From: Longimicrobiales bacterium
GTDB taxonomy: Bacteria > Gemmatimonadota > Gemmatimonadetes > Longimicrobiales > Gaopeijiaceae
Direction of reading: 5' to 3'
DNA length: 64,000 nucleotides
Assembly (NCBI GenBank): GCA_965202985.1
Contig: CBDBCF010000001.1
Coordinates: 1,408,001 to 1,472,000 of the forward strand
Part shown: piece by piece, positions 22,668 to 31,775 of the stretch
Position numbering within the stretch: position 1 is the stretch's first letter
Layout: each line of letters opens with the position of its first letter
The notes under the pieces: generated by a model
Told to the model about the DNA's origin: nothing
What the model saw: the letters and a program-made list of their open reading frames with translations, nothing else
Databases searched by the model: none
Made by a program: the position numbers and the translations under genes

Positions 22668-22903
22668 CGAGCGGCTCGAAGTCGCTGCTGCTCATGGGTT
22701 CGTGCCGCTCCCGCCGCCCGAAGAACTCCACGAGCACGCGCTGTTTCCCAAGGCGCCGGCGCGGGATTGACGCGGACAACCTTGGCAACGTAGTGCGCCG
22801 GCGCGTCGGCCACAGCCGTAGCCAAGTCCGCAACCAGATAGCGCGGCGTCCATCCGTCGTCCTTCTTCTCGATCTTCGGAAACACTTCAAAGGCGTCGGT
22901 CAC
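22660..22903 (-). pseudogene. Small (~80 aa) beta-rich hypothetical protein split by one frameshift
   Basis: GGAGG RBS then GTG at 22903 gives MTDAFEVFPKIEKKDDGWTPRYLVADL...HYVAKVVRVNP. Coding-like GC3 continues in the +1 frame (RRRLGKQRVLVEFFGRRERHEPMSSSDFEPLVT*) to TGA at 22660. Confidence 0.45.
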
Positions 22904-24083
22904 GCGAGTGCCTCCGTTCACCGAATCGCAGTCGCAGCGCCTCGACGATTTCCGCCAGGACGGCCACTGCGATCTCTTCGGGCGTCTTTGCTCCGATGGG
23001 AAGTCCGATGGGGCCGCGTACGCGGTCAAGCGCCGCCTTGGGGCAGCCGGCGGCGGTCAAGCGTTCCCGGCGTTCCGCTTGGGTCCGGCGGCTGCCCAGG
23101 GCTCCCACGTAGAAGGCTTCGCTGTCGAGCGCGGCGCGCAGGGCGGGGTCGTCGATCTTGGGGTCGTGGGTCAGGGCGGCGACGGCGGTTCGACGATCCA
23201 GGGCCAAGTCCGCCATGGCGCGGTCGGGCCAGTCGCATACCAACGTGCACTCGGGGAAGCGCCGGGCGGTGGCGAAGCCCCGCCGGGGGTCGAGAACCGT
23301 CACGCGAAAGCCTGCCGTCGCGGCCATGGAGGCCAGTGCCTGGGCAATGTGGACGGCGCCGGCCAGGATTAGATGGGGTGGACGAACGTAGGGCCGCAGG
23401 AAGACGGGGCCGCCCGGGGTCTCGACGACGCGGGAATCCGCCGAGCGAAGAGCGGCCGCCACTTCATCCGGCTCCACGATCGCTCGCGTGGGCTTCGGGC
23501 CGTTCGCCGGCGACCCTGGCGGCGTGCGTGGCGTCGCCCGCAAGGGGCCGGAATCCGCCCATATCAGCTCCTTGCGACCGTCGGACAGGCGCGTCGCCAC
23601 CACGACTTCGCGGCCCCGGCGTCGCCCGTCCAAGACGCTCCGAATGGGGTCCCAATCGCCCAGTCGCTCGCCGGCGCCCAGCCGCTCTACGAACAGGTGG
23701 ACCTTGCCGCCGCACGCCAGCCCCACTTCCCATGCCATCTCGTTGGTGACGCCGAACTCCAGGGACCGGGGAGTCCCGGACTCCATGACCTCCATGGCGG
23801 CTTGGACGACGGCGCTTTCGATGCATCCGCCGGAAACGGAGCCGCAGAAGTCGCCGTTCTCGGCCACGGCCATGTGGCTGCCGGCGCATCGGGGCGCGGA
23901 ACCCCAGGTGCGCGTCACCGTGGCCAGCGCCACGCGCAGTCCGGCGTCCAGCCAGCCGACGGCTTGCGCCAGGACCACGGCGGCGTTCCCCTTGGTGGTG
24001 TCGGCGTCGGACCTTGCCGCGCCGGTGTCGTCGGCCGGACCTTCGGCGTCTCCTGCCGGGGCGTTCGTCTTGGGAGCGTTCAT
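22887..24083 (-). CDS. xdhC: XdhC/CoxI family molybdoenzyme maturation factor
   Basis: ALATVTRTWGSAPR, GSVSGGCIE, VGLACGG, GAVHIAQAL, LTHDPKIDD, YVGALGSRRT, PIGLPIGAKTPEEIA. Confidence 0.93.
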   Translation of the reverse strand: MNAPKTNAPAGDAEGPADDTGAARSDADTTKGNAAVVLAQAVGWLDAGLRVALATVTRTWGSAPRCAGSHMAVAENGDFCGSVSGGCIESAVVQAAMEVMESGTPRSLEFGVTNEMAWEVGLACGGKVHLFVERLGAGERLGDWDPIRSVLDGRRRGREVVVATRLSDGRKELIWADSGPLRATPRTPPGSPANGPKPTRAIVEPDEVAAALRSADSRVVETPGGPVFLRPYVRPPHLILAGAVHIAQALASMAATAGFRVTVLDPRRGFATARRFPECTLVCDWPDRAMADLALDRRTAVAALTHDPKIDDPALRAALDSEAFYVGALGSRRTQAERRERLTAAGCPKAALDRVRGPIGLPIGAKTPEEIAVAVLAEIVEALRLRFGERRHSRDRRL

Positions 24084-24184
24084 CGAGCAAACGTCTGGTG
24101 CTTCGCGGCGCCGGGCAAACCGGACGCGGGGCAAGTCGGGCGACGATCGATCCGACGGACACTCACGCACCAGGACGACTTCCG

Positions 24185-24652
24185 GTGGCCAACTCGCGAA
24201 ACCAGCTTCACCAGGCCGTGATCCAGGACCATTTTCGTCGGCCCCGCAACCGCGGCGCGCTGGACGGGGAGGCGGTCGCCGGCAGTGCACACAACCCCTT
24301 TTGCGGCGACACGGTCAAGATCTGGGTCAAGGTGGAGGCAGGCACGATCCGGGATGTGGCCTTCGACGGGCGGGGATGTTCGATCTCCATGGCCGCGGCG
24401 TCGATCCTGACGGTTGCGGCCAAGGGTCGGCGGGCGTGCGACATGGGCGGGCTGCGCCAAGCGTTCGTGGACGGACTGGCGCCCGACGGCGCCACGCCGA
24501 TGCCGGCAGCGCTGGGAGACATGCGGGCTTTGGCCGGCGTGAGCCGCTTCCCCAGCCGAATCCGATGCGCGGTGCTGCCGTTCGAGGCCCTCGAAGCGGC
24601 GCTGCGGGGCGTTGCGCCCGAAATGACGAAAGCGCCTCCCCCGGGACGCTGA
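24185..24652 (+). CDS. sufU: SufU/IscU-family Fe-S scaffold or sulfur-transfer protein
   Basis: IQDHFRRPRNRG, HNPFCGD, GCSISMAAAS, FPSRIRCAVLP (three conserved Cys). Confidence 0.9.
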   Translation: MANSRNQLHQAVIQDHFRRPRNRGALDGEAVAGSAHNPFCGDTVKIWVKVEAGTIRDVAFDGRGCSISMAAASILTVAAKGRRACDMGGLRQAFVDGLAPDGATPMPAALGDMRALAGVSRFPSRIRCAVLPFEALEAALRGVAPEMTKAPPPGR

Positions 24653-24655
24653 CGG

Positions 24656-25807
24656 CTACGCGGACAACGCGTGGCCCGGCGCCAAGCCGCGCAGAAAGTC
24701 GTCCACCGGCACGCATCCAATGCCGTCGATGCGCAGGCGTTCGTCACCCCGGTACAGCAACGTGGCCTGGGCCTCCGGATAGTCGGCCCGAAAGGCCCGT
24801 AGTGGCCGAAGGTCGCGGGAATCGACCCGAGCGCGGTTCTTGACCTCGAAGGCGCGAATGCCGTCTTCGCCGTAGACCACGAAGTCGACTTCCGTGCCGG
24901 CTCGCGTCCTCCAGAAGAACAGTTGCGCCGCCCGGTCCGAGTACGCCGCCCACGCCCGCAGGTGCTGGGCCACCAAGCCCTCCAGCGCCTGACCTTCAAT
25001 CTCGCCGGGGCGGTCCAATGGCCCCTTGGGACGCAGGGAGCGGAACACGCCGGCGTCGAACAGGTACAGCTTGCGGCGGGCCACGGTGGCTCGCTTGGCT
25101 CGCTTGCGAAAGGCCGGCAGTCGGAACGCCAGCAGCAGATCTTCCAAGATCTCCAGGTACGCAACGGCCGTGTTCCGCTCGACTTCGCATTCCCGAGCTA
25201 GTGCGGAGACGTTCAACAGCGACCCGTGCGAGAAGCTCGCCGCTTCCAGAAAACGGGCGAAGGCCCCCACGTTGCGGGTCATGCCCTCGGCCCGGACTTC
25301 CTGCTCCAAGTACAAGCTGGCGTAGGCGTTCAGGGTGGCCGCGGGATCGGGCGCGTTCGCCACCAGCGGCAGGAGACCGATTCGCAACGCTTCGTCCAAA
25401 GAGAACGCAGGGGCCTCGGCGGCCATGAACGGATGCAGGGTTCGGAGCAGCGCTCGGCCGCCCAGCAGGTCCAACCCGCCACGCCGCAACTTGCGCGCGC
25501 TGGAGCCTGTCAGCACGAACCGGGGCGGCGTTGGTTCCTCCATGACGGCGTGGACCACCGTCAGCAGCTCGGGAACGCGTTGGACCTCGTCTACGACCAC
25601 GGTATCGCGCCCGGGCGATCCGGCGAGCAGCTCGCGCAGGCGCTCGGGGCGCGCAGCCAAGCGGCGGTGCAGCGCCGGGTCCAGCAGGTCCAAGTAGAGC
25701 GCGTTCGGCAGCTGATCCCGCAGCCAAGTGGATTTGCCCGTGCCCCGTGGACCGAAAAGGAAGCAGCTTTGAGCCGGAATCTGAAAGAATCGTTTCGTGA
25801 TTTCCAT
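24656..25807 (-). CDS. AAA_14 ATPase with DUF4143 / C-terminal PD-(D/E)xK-like domain
   Basis: GPRGTGKST, VVDEVQR, LTGSSARKL, YLFDAGV, FFWRTRAGTEVDFV..AFEVK. Confidence 0.9.
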   Translation of the reverse strand: MEITKRFFQIPAQSCFLFGPRGTGKSTWLRDQLPNALYLDLLDPALHRRLAARPERLRELLAGSPGRDTVVVDEVQRVPELLTVVHAVMEEPTPPRFVLTGSSARKLRRGGLDLLGGRALLRTLHPFMAAEAPAFSLDEALRIGLLPLVANAPDPAATLNAYASLYLEQEVRAEGMTRNVGAFARFLEAASFSHGSLLNVSALARECEVERNTAVAYLEILEDLLLAFRLPAFRKRAKRATVARRKLYLFDAGVFRSLRPKGPLDRPGEIEGQALEGLVAQHLRAWAAYSDRAAQLFFWRTRAGTEVDFVVYGEDGIRAFEVKNRARVDSRDLRPLRAFRADYPEAQATLLYRGDERLRIDGIGCVPVDDFLRGLAPGHALSA

Positions 25808-25815
25808 TTTCAGTC

Positions 25816-25845
25816 GCAAAATAGCGATTCCGCTGGCAAAATAGC
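25816..25845. promoter_or_regulatory. Direct repeat GCAAAATAGC x2 (20-bp period) immediately upstream of the AAA_14/DUF4143 gene
   Basis: Identical 10-mers at 25816-25825 and 25836-25845 in an AT-rich patch. Regulatory role is inferred. Confidence 0.45.
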
Positions 25846-25965
25846 AAACGGGACGGTGTCCGTGGCCGCCTCGTCGGCGGTCCGGACTTTCCGGGGCCGA
25901 GGGCCGTCGCTATGGTAGCATTGGCCGGCTCCTCTTTCCGCAACCCGCAAACACCCGGAGACCCA

Positions 25966-28770
25966 ATGACCGCACGCCTCATGCAGACTCCGCGCCGCGA
26001 CGCCAAGCGTCGCCCAGGCCTTGCTTCGACCGCGGCAGCGCTCGTCACGGCCGTCGCGTTCGTCCCCTTGGCTGTCGTGCCCGTCGCGGCCCAGCTCACC
26101 AGTCCGGAGGAGCAGTTCGGCCACGCCCTAGGCGCGGACTACGTGCTGGTCAACTACCAGGGGCTGACCGAGTATTGGCACCTGCTGGCCGACCAGTCCG
26201 ACCGCATGACGGTGGAGTCGATCGGCAAGACCTCCGAGGGGCGCGACCAGTGGATGGCCACGATCACGTCGCCCGCCAACCGGCCCCACCTGGAGCGCTA
26301 CAAGGAGATTGCGCGGCGGCTGGCCCTGGCCGACGGTGTAAGCGAGGACGAGGCGCGTGCGATGGCCGTCGAAGGCAAGGCGGTCGTCTGGATCGACGGC
26401 GGATTGCATGCGACCGAGATCCTGGGCGCCCAGCAGCTGATGGAGCTGGTGTGGCAGATGGTCGGCCGCAACGATGCCGAGACGCTGCGCTTCCTGGACG
26501 AAGTGATCCTGCTGGTGGCCCACGCCAACCCGGACGGCCACGACTTGGTGGCCGACTGGTACATGCGCCACGACGATCCCATGGAGCGCACCACCCGGGG
26601 CGTGCCCGTCCTGTACCAGAAGTACGCGGGGCACGACAACAACCGAGACTTCTACATGTCGGCGCTGGCCGAGACCGAGAACATGAACCGCGTGGTGTAC
26701 CGGGAGTGGTTCCCGCAGATCGTGTACAACCACCACCAGACGGGACCGCAGGGCACGGTCATGTTCGCGCCTCCGTTCCGCGATCCGCCCAATCACAACC
26801 TGGACCCGCTGATAATCACCAGCCTGGATCAGGTCGGCTCGGCGATGCACCACCGCATGGTCGCGGAGGGCAAGGGGGGCACGACGATGCGTCGGGGCGC
26901 CAGCTACTCCACCTGGTGGAACGGCGGCCTGCGCACGACCCCGTACTTCCACAACATGATCGGCCTATTGACGGAGACGATCGGCCATCCGACGCCGATC
27001 GAGATTCCCTTCCTGCCGAACCGCCAGATCACCCACGGCGACCTGCCTCTGCCGGTCGAGCCCGGCGTCTGGCGCTTCCGTCAGTCGGTGGACTACTCGC
27101 AGACCGCCAACCGGGCCGTGCTGGACTACGCCGCGCGCAACCGAGAGCACCTGCTGTTCAACATCTGGCGCATGGGAACCAACTCCATCGAGCGGGGCAG
27201 CCGCGACTCGTGGACGGTCCTGCCCAAGTGGATCGACCAGTTGCGGGAAGAGGTCGGCCCCCGAGGCACGCTGGCGGACTATGAGGCCCACCTTCGGGAC
27301 CCGGCGAAGCGGGACGCGCGAGGCTACGTCCTGCCCTCCGACCAGCGGGACTTCCCCACCGCCACCAAGTTCGTCAACGCGCTACTCAAGAACGGCCTGA
27401 CGGTCCATCGGGCCATGGCGGCGTTCGAGGCCGGCGGCAAGAGCTACCCGGCGGGCTCCTTCGTGGTGAAGACGGCGCAGGCGTTCCGGCCCCACGTGAT
27501 CGACATGTTCGAGCCGCAGAACCACCCCAACGACTTCCAGTACCCGGGCGGGCCGCCGATCGCCCCCTACGACAACGCCGGGTGGACCTTGGCCCTCCAG
27601 ATGGGCGTGGAGTTCGACCGGATCCTGGACGGCTTCGACGGCCCCTTCGAGCCGATCGCCTGGTTGGCCGAGACGGTGGCGGGCGGCGTGACAGGCCCGG
27701 AGTCCCCCACCGGCTGGATCGCCGACCACGTGAACAGCGCCTTCGTGGCCGTCAACCGCGCGCTGGCCGCAGGCGGCCGGGTGCTATGGCTGGAGCACGC
27801 CCAGGAGGCGCCCGGGGCTGCGGGCTCGGCGGGCGCCATGTTCCCGGCCGGCGCGTTCTACTTCCCCGCCGACGCCGTGGACCGGGAGACGCTGGAGGCG
27901 TGGGCGGAGGAGAGCGGCGTCGCGTTCCACGGCGTGGCGGAGGCGCCGACGGGACCTGCGCTGGAGCTGTCGGGCGCTCGCGTCGGCCTGTGGGACCGCT
28001 ACGGCGGTTCGATGCCGTCGGGCTGGACCCGCTACGTGCTGGAACGCTTCGAGTTCGATTTCGAGGTGGTCTACCCGCGCGAGATCGACGCGGGCGAACT
28101 GCGCGAGCGCTTCGACGTGATCGTGTTGCCCGACGGGGCGATGCCGGCCGGCAGGGGCGGCGGCTTCGGCTTCGGAGGCGGCCGAGGCGGGGCCGGCGGG
28201 GACTTCGCGGCCACGCTTCCCGACTCCCTGCAGGGGCGGCTGGGGGCGCTCTCGGCCGAAGCGAGCGTTCCGGCGCTCCGCGAGTTCATGGAGAACGGCG
28301 GCGCGGTGATCGCGGTCGGCTCCTCCACGGCGCTGGGCGCCGAGCTGGGCCTGCCCCTGGAGAACCACTTGATGGACGAGGACGGCCGGTCCCTGAGCCG
28401 GGACGACTACTTCACCCCCGGCTCGATCCACGACATCCGGGTCGAGCACGGCAGCCCCGTCACGCACGGCCTGGACGAGCGCGTCCACGTTCTGCACAGC
28501 CACAGCCCGGTCTTCCGCGTCGGGGAAGGCGCCGAAGGGGTCCGCCGCCTGGCGTGGTACGACTCGCCGACGCCGCTGGTGAGCGGATGGGCCTGGGGGC
28601 AGGAGCACCTGGAGGGCGGCACGAGCATGGTCGAAGCCGACGTGGGCGAAGGGAAGCTGTTCCTCTTCGGCCCCAAGATCACCTTCCGGGCCCAGTCCCA
28701 CGGCACCTTCACCCTGCTCTTCAACGGCATCCACTACGGAGCCGCCGAGCGGCGGCGGCCCGCGAGCTGA
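25966..28770 (+). CDS. Secreted M14 family zinc carboxypeptidase-like protein with C-terminal GATase-like domain
   Basis: Signal peptide ending VAAQ; IDGGLHATE, ANPDG, YAGHDNNRDF, YNHHQ; late SMPSGWTRYVLE / FDVIVLPDG domain. Confidence 0.9.
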   Translation: MTARLMQTPRRDAKRRPGLASTAAALVTAVAFVPLAVVPVAAQLTSPEEQFGHALGADYVLVNYQGLTEYWHLLADQSDRMTVESIGKTSEGRDQWMATITSPANRPHLERYKEIARRLALADGVSEDEARAMAVEGKAVVWIDGGLHATEILGAQQLMELVWQMVGRNDAETLRFLDEVILLVAHANPDGHDLVADWYMRHDDPMERTTRGVPVLYQKYAGHDNNRDFYMSALAETENMNRVVYREWFPQIVYNHHQTGPQGTVMFAPPFRDPPNHNLDPLIITSLDQVGSAMHHRMVAEGKGGTTMRRGASYSTWWNGGLRTTPYFHNMIGLLTETIGHPTPIEIPFLPNRQITHGDLPLPVEPGVWRFRQSVDYSQTANRAVLDYAARNREHLLFNIWRMGTNSIERGSRDSWTVLPKWIDQLREEVGPRGTLADYEAHLRDPAKRDARGYVLPSDQRDFPTATKFVNALLKNGLTVHRAMAAFEAGGKSYPAGSFVVKTAQAFRPHVIDMFEPQNHPNDFQYPGGPPIAPYDNAGWTLALQMGVEFDRILDGFDGPFEPIAWLAETVAGGVTGPESPTGWIADHVNSAFVAVNRALAAGGRVLWLEHAQEAPGAAGSAGAMFPAGAFYFPADAVDRETLEAWAEESGVAFHGVAEAPTGPALELSGARVGLWDRYGGSMPSGWTRYVLERFEFDFEVVYPREIDAGELRERFDVIVLPDGAMPAGRGGGFGFGGGRGGAGGDFAATLPDSLQGRLGALSAEASVPALREFMENGGAVIAVGSSTALGAELGLPLENHLMDEDGRSLSRDDYFTPGSIHDIRVEHGSPVTHGLDERVHVLHSHSPVFRVGEGAEGVRRLAWYDSPTPLVSGWAWGQEHLEGGTSMVEADVGEGKLFLFGPKITFRAQSHGTFTLLFNGIHYGAAERRRPAS

Positions 28771-28949
28771 GGGGATACGGACGGGAACATTTGGGGGATG
28801 GACTGTGATAAGCCTAGCCGCAGTTTTCGCACTCGGCCGCCTTCCCGAATGGCCTAAAGACGTTTGGACAGCAGCGCGAGTAGCCGACGCCCGAACAAGC
28901 TGATCATCCAACCGAGGGAGGAAGAGGAGATGGGTCGGACTTATTCGGA

Positions 28950-29999
28950 GTGGGCGACCGCGGTGGCCAACGCCGCTTCGGCATCTCCCTAGCTGGATCT
29001 GCCCCGTTGCGCGTCGCGGCCATCGACGCCGGGTCCAACGCCATTCGGTTCGTGGTCGCGGAGTTCGGCGGGCACGCCTACAAGGTGATCGCCAGACTTC
29101 GCGTGCCCGTGCGGTTGGGACACCGGGTCTTCACCCACGGCGCGCTGGACGACGACACGATGGACCGAGCCGTTGCCGCGTTCCGTCGGTTCCGGGCCGA
29201 GCTCGACAGGCTGAAGGTGTCCCGCTTGCGGGCCGTTGCCACCAGCGCCACCCGGGAAGCGTCGAACCGTGACGGATTCCTGGACAGAATCCGGGTAGAG
29301 TCCGACATCGACCTGGAACCGATCACCGGGGAGGAAGAAGCCCGTCTCGTCCACTTGGCCGTCAGCCGCCGGATCGACCTGTCGCGAGGTCGGTGGATTC
29401 TGGTCGACTTGGGCGGCGGCAGCATCGAAGTGTCGCTGGTGGACGACACCGGCATCCTCTGGAGCCACTCCTACAAGGTCGGCACCGTGCGTCTCTTGGA
29501 GACGCTGGCCGCGGCCAAGGGCTGTCACGACACCGTGCGTCAGTGGGTCGAACGCGGGCTGCGCCACCTGACCATTCCGCCGCCCGACGGTCACCCCGGC
29601 CCCGCCGCCTTCGCCGCCACCGGAGGCAACGCCGAGGCCCTGGCCCGACTGGCACTGGGCAACCCGACGCAACAACGGCCAGCCAGTCCCGAAGCCCCGT
29701 CAATTGCCGGCGCGGCACAAGCCACCCCGGCGTCTAATGGCCCGGTGCCCCATGTCTCGGCACCCAGCGTCCCGGTCTCGCGCTTGGACGGCGTGATCCC
29801 CGCGCTCGCCGCCATGACCGTTGATCAGCGCATCAAGAAGCTTCGCCTGCGTCCCGATCGCGCCGACGTGATCCTGCCCGCCGCCTTGGTCTACCGCCAC
29901 TTCGCCGCGTTGGCCCACAGCAACCAGATGGTGGTCCCCAGCGTGGGCGTAAAGGAAGGCGTACTGCTGGACGTGGCAGCGTCTATCGAGGCGCCGTAG
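28950..29999 (+). CDS. ppx: Ppx/GppA family exopolyphosphatase (no HD domain)
   Basis: AAIDAGSNAIR, VATSATREASN, ITGEEEARL, VDLGGGSIE, RPDRADVI, GVKEG. Confidence 0.9.
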   Translation: MGDRGGQRRFGISLAGSAPLRVAAIDAGSNAIRFVVAEFGGHAYKVIARLRVPVRLGHRVFTHGALDDDTMDRAVAAFRRFRAELDRLKVSRLRAVATSATREASNRDGFLDRIRVESDIDLEPITGEEEARLVHLAVSRRIDLSRGRWILVDLGGGSIEVSLVDDTGILWSHSYKVGTVRLLETLAAAKGCHDTVRQWVERGLRHLTIPPPDGHPGPAAFAATGGNAEALARLALGNPTQQRPASPEAPSIAGAAQATPASNGPVPHVSAPSVPVSRLDGVIPALAAMTVDQRIKKLRLRPDRADVILPAALVYRHFAALAHSNQMVVPSVGVKEGVLLDVAASIEAP

Positions 30000-30603
30000 G
30001 CTTCAACCGCGCAGCGAGGAAGTCCAGCAGCCTCTTTGCATGGGGCGATGCCTTGGCGACCAGCTTCGGGTCGAGCGTCGCCAGCACGGCGAAGGAGTCC
30101 CGCCCTTTGTGGTATCGCCTGCGCACGCCGCACGGGCGCGTCGCCTCCTTCAACCCGTTCAACGCGTCCTGCTTCGGCACAGCCTCGACGGCGGGGTTGC
30201 GCGGCAGTGCATTGCGGTTGAACCGGGCACCAAAGTGCTCGCGAAGACAGTCCTTGTCGGCCAAGAACCAGGACTCCATGCACTGGACCATGAGGTGCAC
30301 GTTGTCGTCGGTGGCGCTGTCCGGCCGAGCCCAGCCGTCGCGCTCGTTCAAGTGCATCCAAGGACTTGACGCCCCGACGGGACCTTCGCTGTCAACCAAC
30401 AGCAAGACGATGTCGGACGCGGATGTCCGCGCCAGGGCGGTACGGAAGTCGTCATAGGCGTTCTTCCGTCCGCCGCACGCTACGATCCGCGGCATCCTTC
30501 CTTCCAGGCCCGACTTTCGCAGAAAATCACGAAATCCCTCGCGACACCTGATCTTCGTGTCCTTGCTGTCACCACCGCCCTCTACGAAAATCGTGGCGCT
30601 CAC
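29983..30603 (-). CDS. DUF4276-family (TOPRIM-like) protein
   Basis: IFVEGGG, IVACGGRKNAYDDF, LLVDSEG, LMVQCMESWFLAD, YHKGRDS. GTG overlaps the ATPase stop. Confidence 0.85.
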   Translation of the reverse strand: MSATIFVEGGGDSKDTKIRCREGFRDFLRKSGLEGRMPRIVACGGRKNAYDDFRTALARTSASDIVLLLVDSEGPVGASSPWMHLNERDGWARPDSATDDNVHLMVQCMESWFLADKDCLREHFGARFNRNALPRNPAVEAVPKQDALNGLKEATRPCGVRRRYHKGRDSFAVLATLDPKLVAKASPHAKRLLDFLAARLKPTAPR

Positions 30604-31775
30604 CACCGCGTTCCTCCGATATGACCGGAGGTCCAGAGTTCCCCGAGTCGGTAGCGCTCGAGCCAATCGGCAAGGTCTTTCCGGTCAAGTCGCTTGAGCT
30701 TCGTTCCTTCGTCGTGCTTTTCGCAGACGACGACACTCTCCGGCGTTTCGGTGAGCGCGTCCACAAGCACGTCCGAGTGGGTCGTGACGATCAGCTGACA
30801 ACGTTCGGAAGCTTTTTGCATAAGGTCCGCCAAGCCCGGGAGAATATCCGGGTGGAGACCCAGCTCCGGTTCTTCCAGGCACACAACCGGTGGAGGCTTC
30901 GGGTCGCACAAAATCGCCAAAAGGCAGAGATACCGCAGTGCGCCATCGGACAGGCGGGTGGCCGGAATCGAATGGTCGCCCTCCTGCAATTCCAATCGAA
31001 CGGTGCCGAAGTCTACGCTCACGTGAACGTCCGAGATGCCTTCGTACAACCTGCGAAGCGCATTTATCATTTCTCGTCTCACGCCTGGGTTTCCCGTCAG
31101 GCGGTTGAGGACCAGCCCCAGATTGCGTCCGTTGTCCTCGAGGTACGCGTTCGGAAGATCCGTTCTCTGGGGAAGCCTCAGCTCTGCATTGCGCCCGATC
31201 GTCCATTCGCGATAGAGTCGCATCTTGCCAAACTGTTCTCCGACGGAAGTGATCTCCGGGTAGTGCTTCAGGTCCTTGAGCACGGCAAAGATCGATTGGT
31301 TGGGCTCCAGCTCGATGCTCACGTCGCGACGCGCATTGGAGGATCCGCCTCGACGTGCACGCAAGTCCGCCGTGGTGACTACAACCCGCGAATAATACAA
31401 GTGCTTCCTGCGGGGGGAAGACAAGTACTCGGCGGAAACCAAATCCTCGTCAACAATGCGAAACCTGGAATCACTGTCGTTTGCCGAAAACGACAGCTTG
31501 TAGGCCAGATCTCCCGCTTCGGGAGTACTCAGTACGACAACGACACGAGCCGACCCTCCGCCTTCCCCCTTCCACCTCCATTCGTTCACGCCGCCGCCGT
31601 TGCGAAGCGGCGCTTCGATCTCCGTCGGCGCCGCCTTCAGCAAGCCGACGACGTCCAGGAAGTTGGACTTCCCGGAGCCGTTGGGTCCGATCAGCACGTT
31701 CAGGGGCTGCATGTCGAGCTCCTGCTGTTCGCCGAACGACAGAATGCCGTCAAGCACGACTTTGCGAATCAGCAC
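30600..31775 (-). CDS. AAA_21-type ABC ATPase
   Basis: NVLIGPNGSGKSN, LSDGALRYL, VCLEEPELGLHP, IVTTHS. GTG start overlaps the GDH 3' end; visibly lower GC. Confidence 0.9.
   Translation of the reverse strand: MLIRKVVLDGILSFGEQQELDMQPLNVLIGPNGSGKSNFLDVVGLLKAAPTEIEAPLRNGGGVNEWRWKGEGGGSARVVVVLSTPEAGDLAYKLSFSANDSDSRFRIVDEDLVSAEYLSSPRRKHLYYSRVVVTTADLRARRGGSSNARRDVSIELEPNQSIFAVLKDLKHYPEITSVGEQFGKMRLYREWTIGRNAELRLPQRTDLPNAYLEDNGRNLGLVLNRLTGNPGVRREMINALRRLYEGISDVHVSVDFGTVRLELQEGDHSIPATRLSDGALRYLCLLAILCDPKPPPVVCLEEPELGLHPDILPGLADLMQKASERCQLIVTTHSDVLVDALTETPESVVVCEKHDEGTKLKRLDRKDLADWLERYRLGELWTSGHIGGTRW

Noticed and set aside
22743..22752. GGGAAAC as a programmed -1 frameshift site
   Set aside because: The heptamer is not in the required zero frame and the shift needed is +1.
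28771..28949. Possible ncRNA or riboswitch between the M14 peptidase and ppx
   Set aside because: No recognisable motif or convincing extended pairing by eye.
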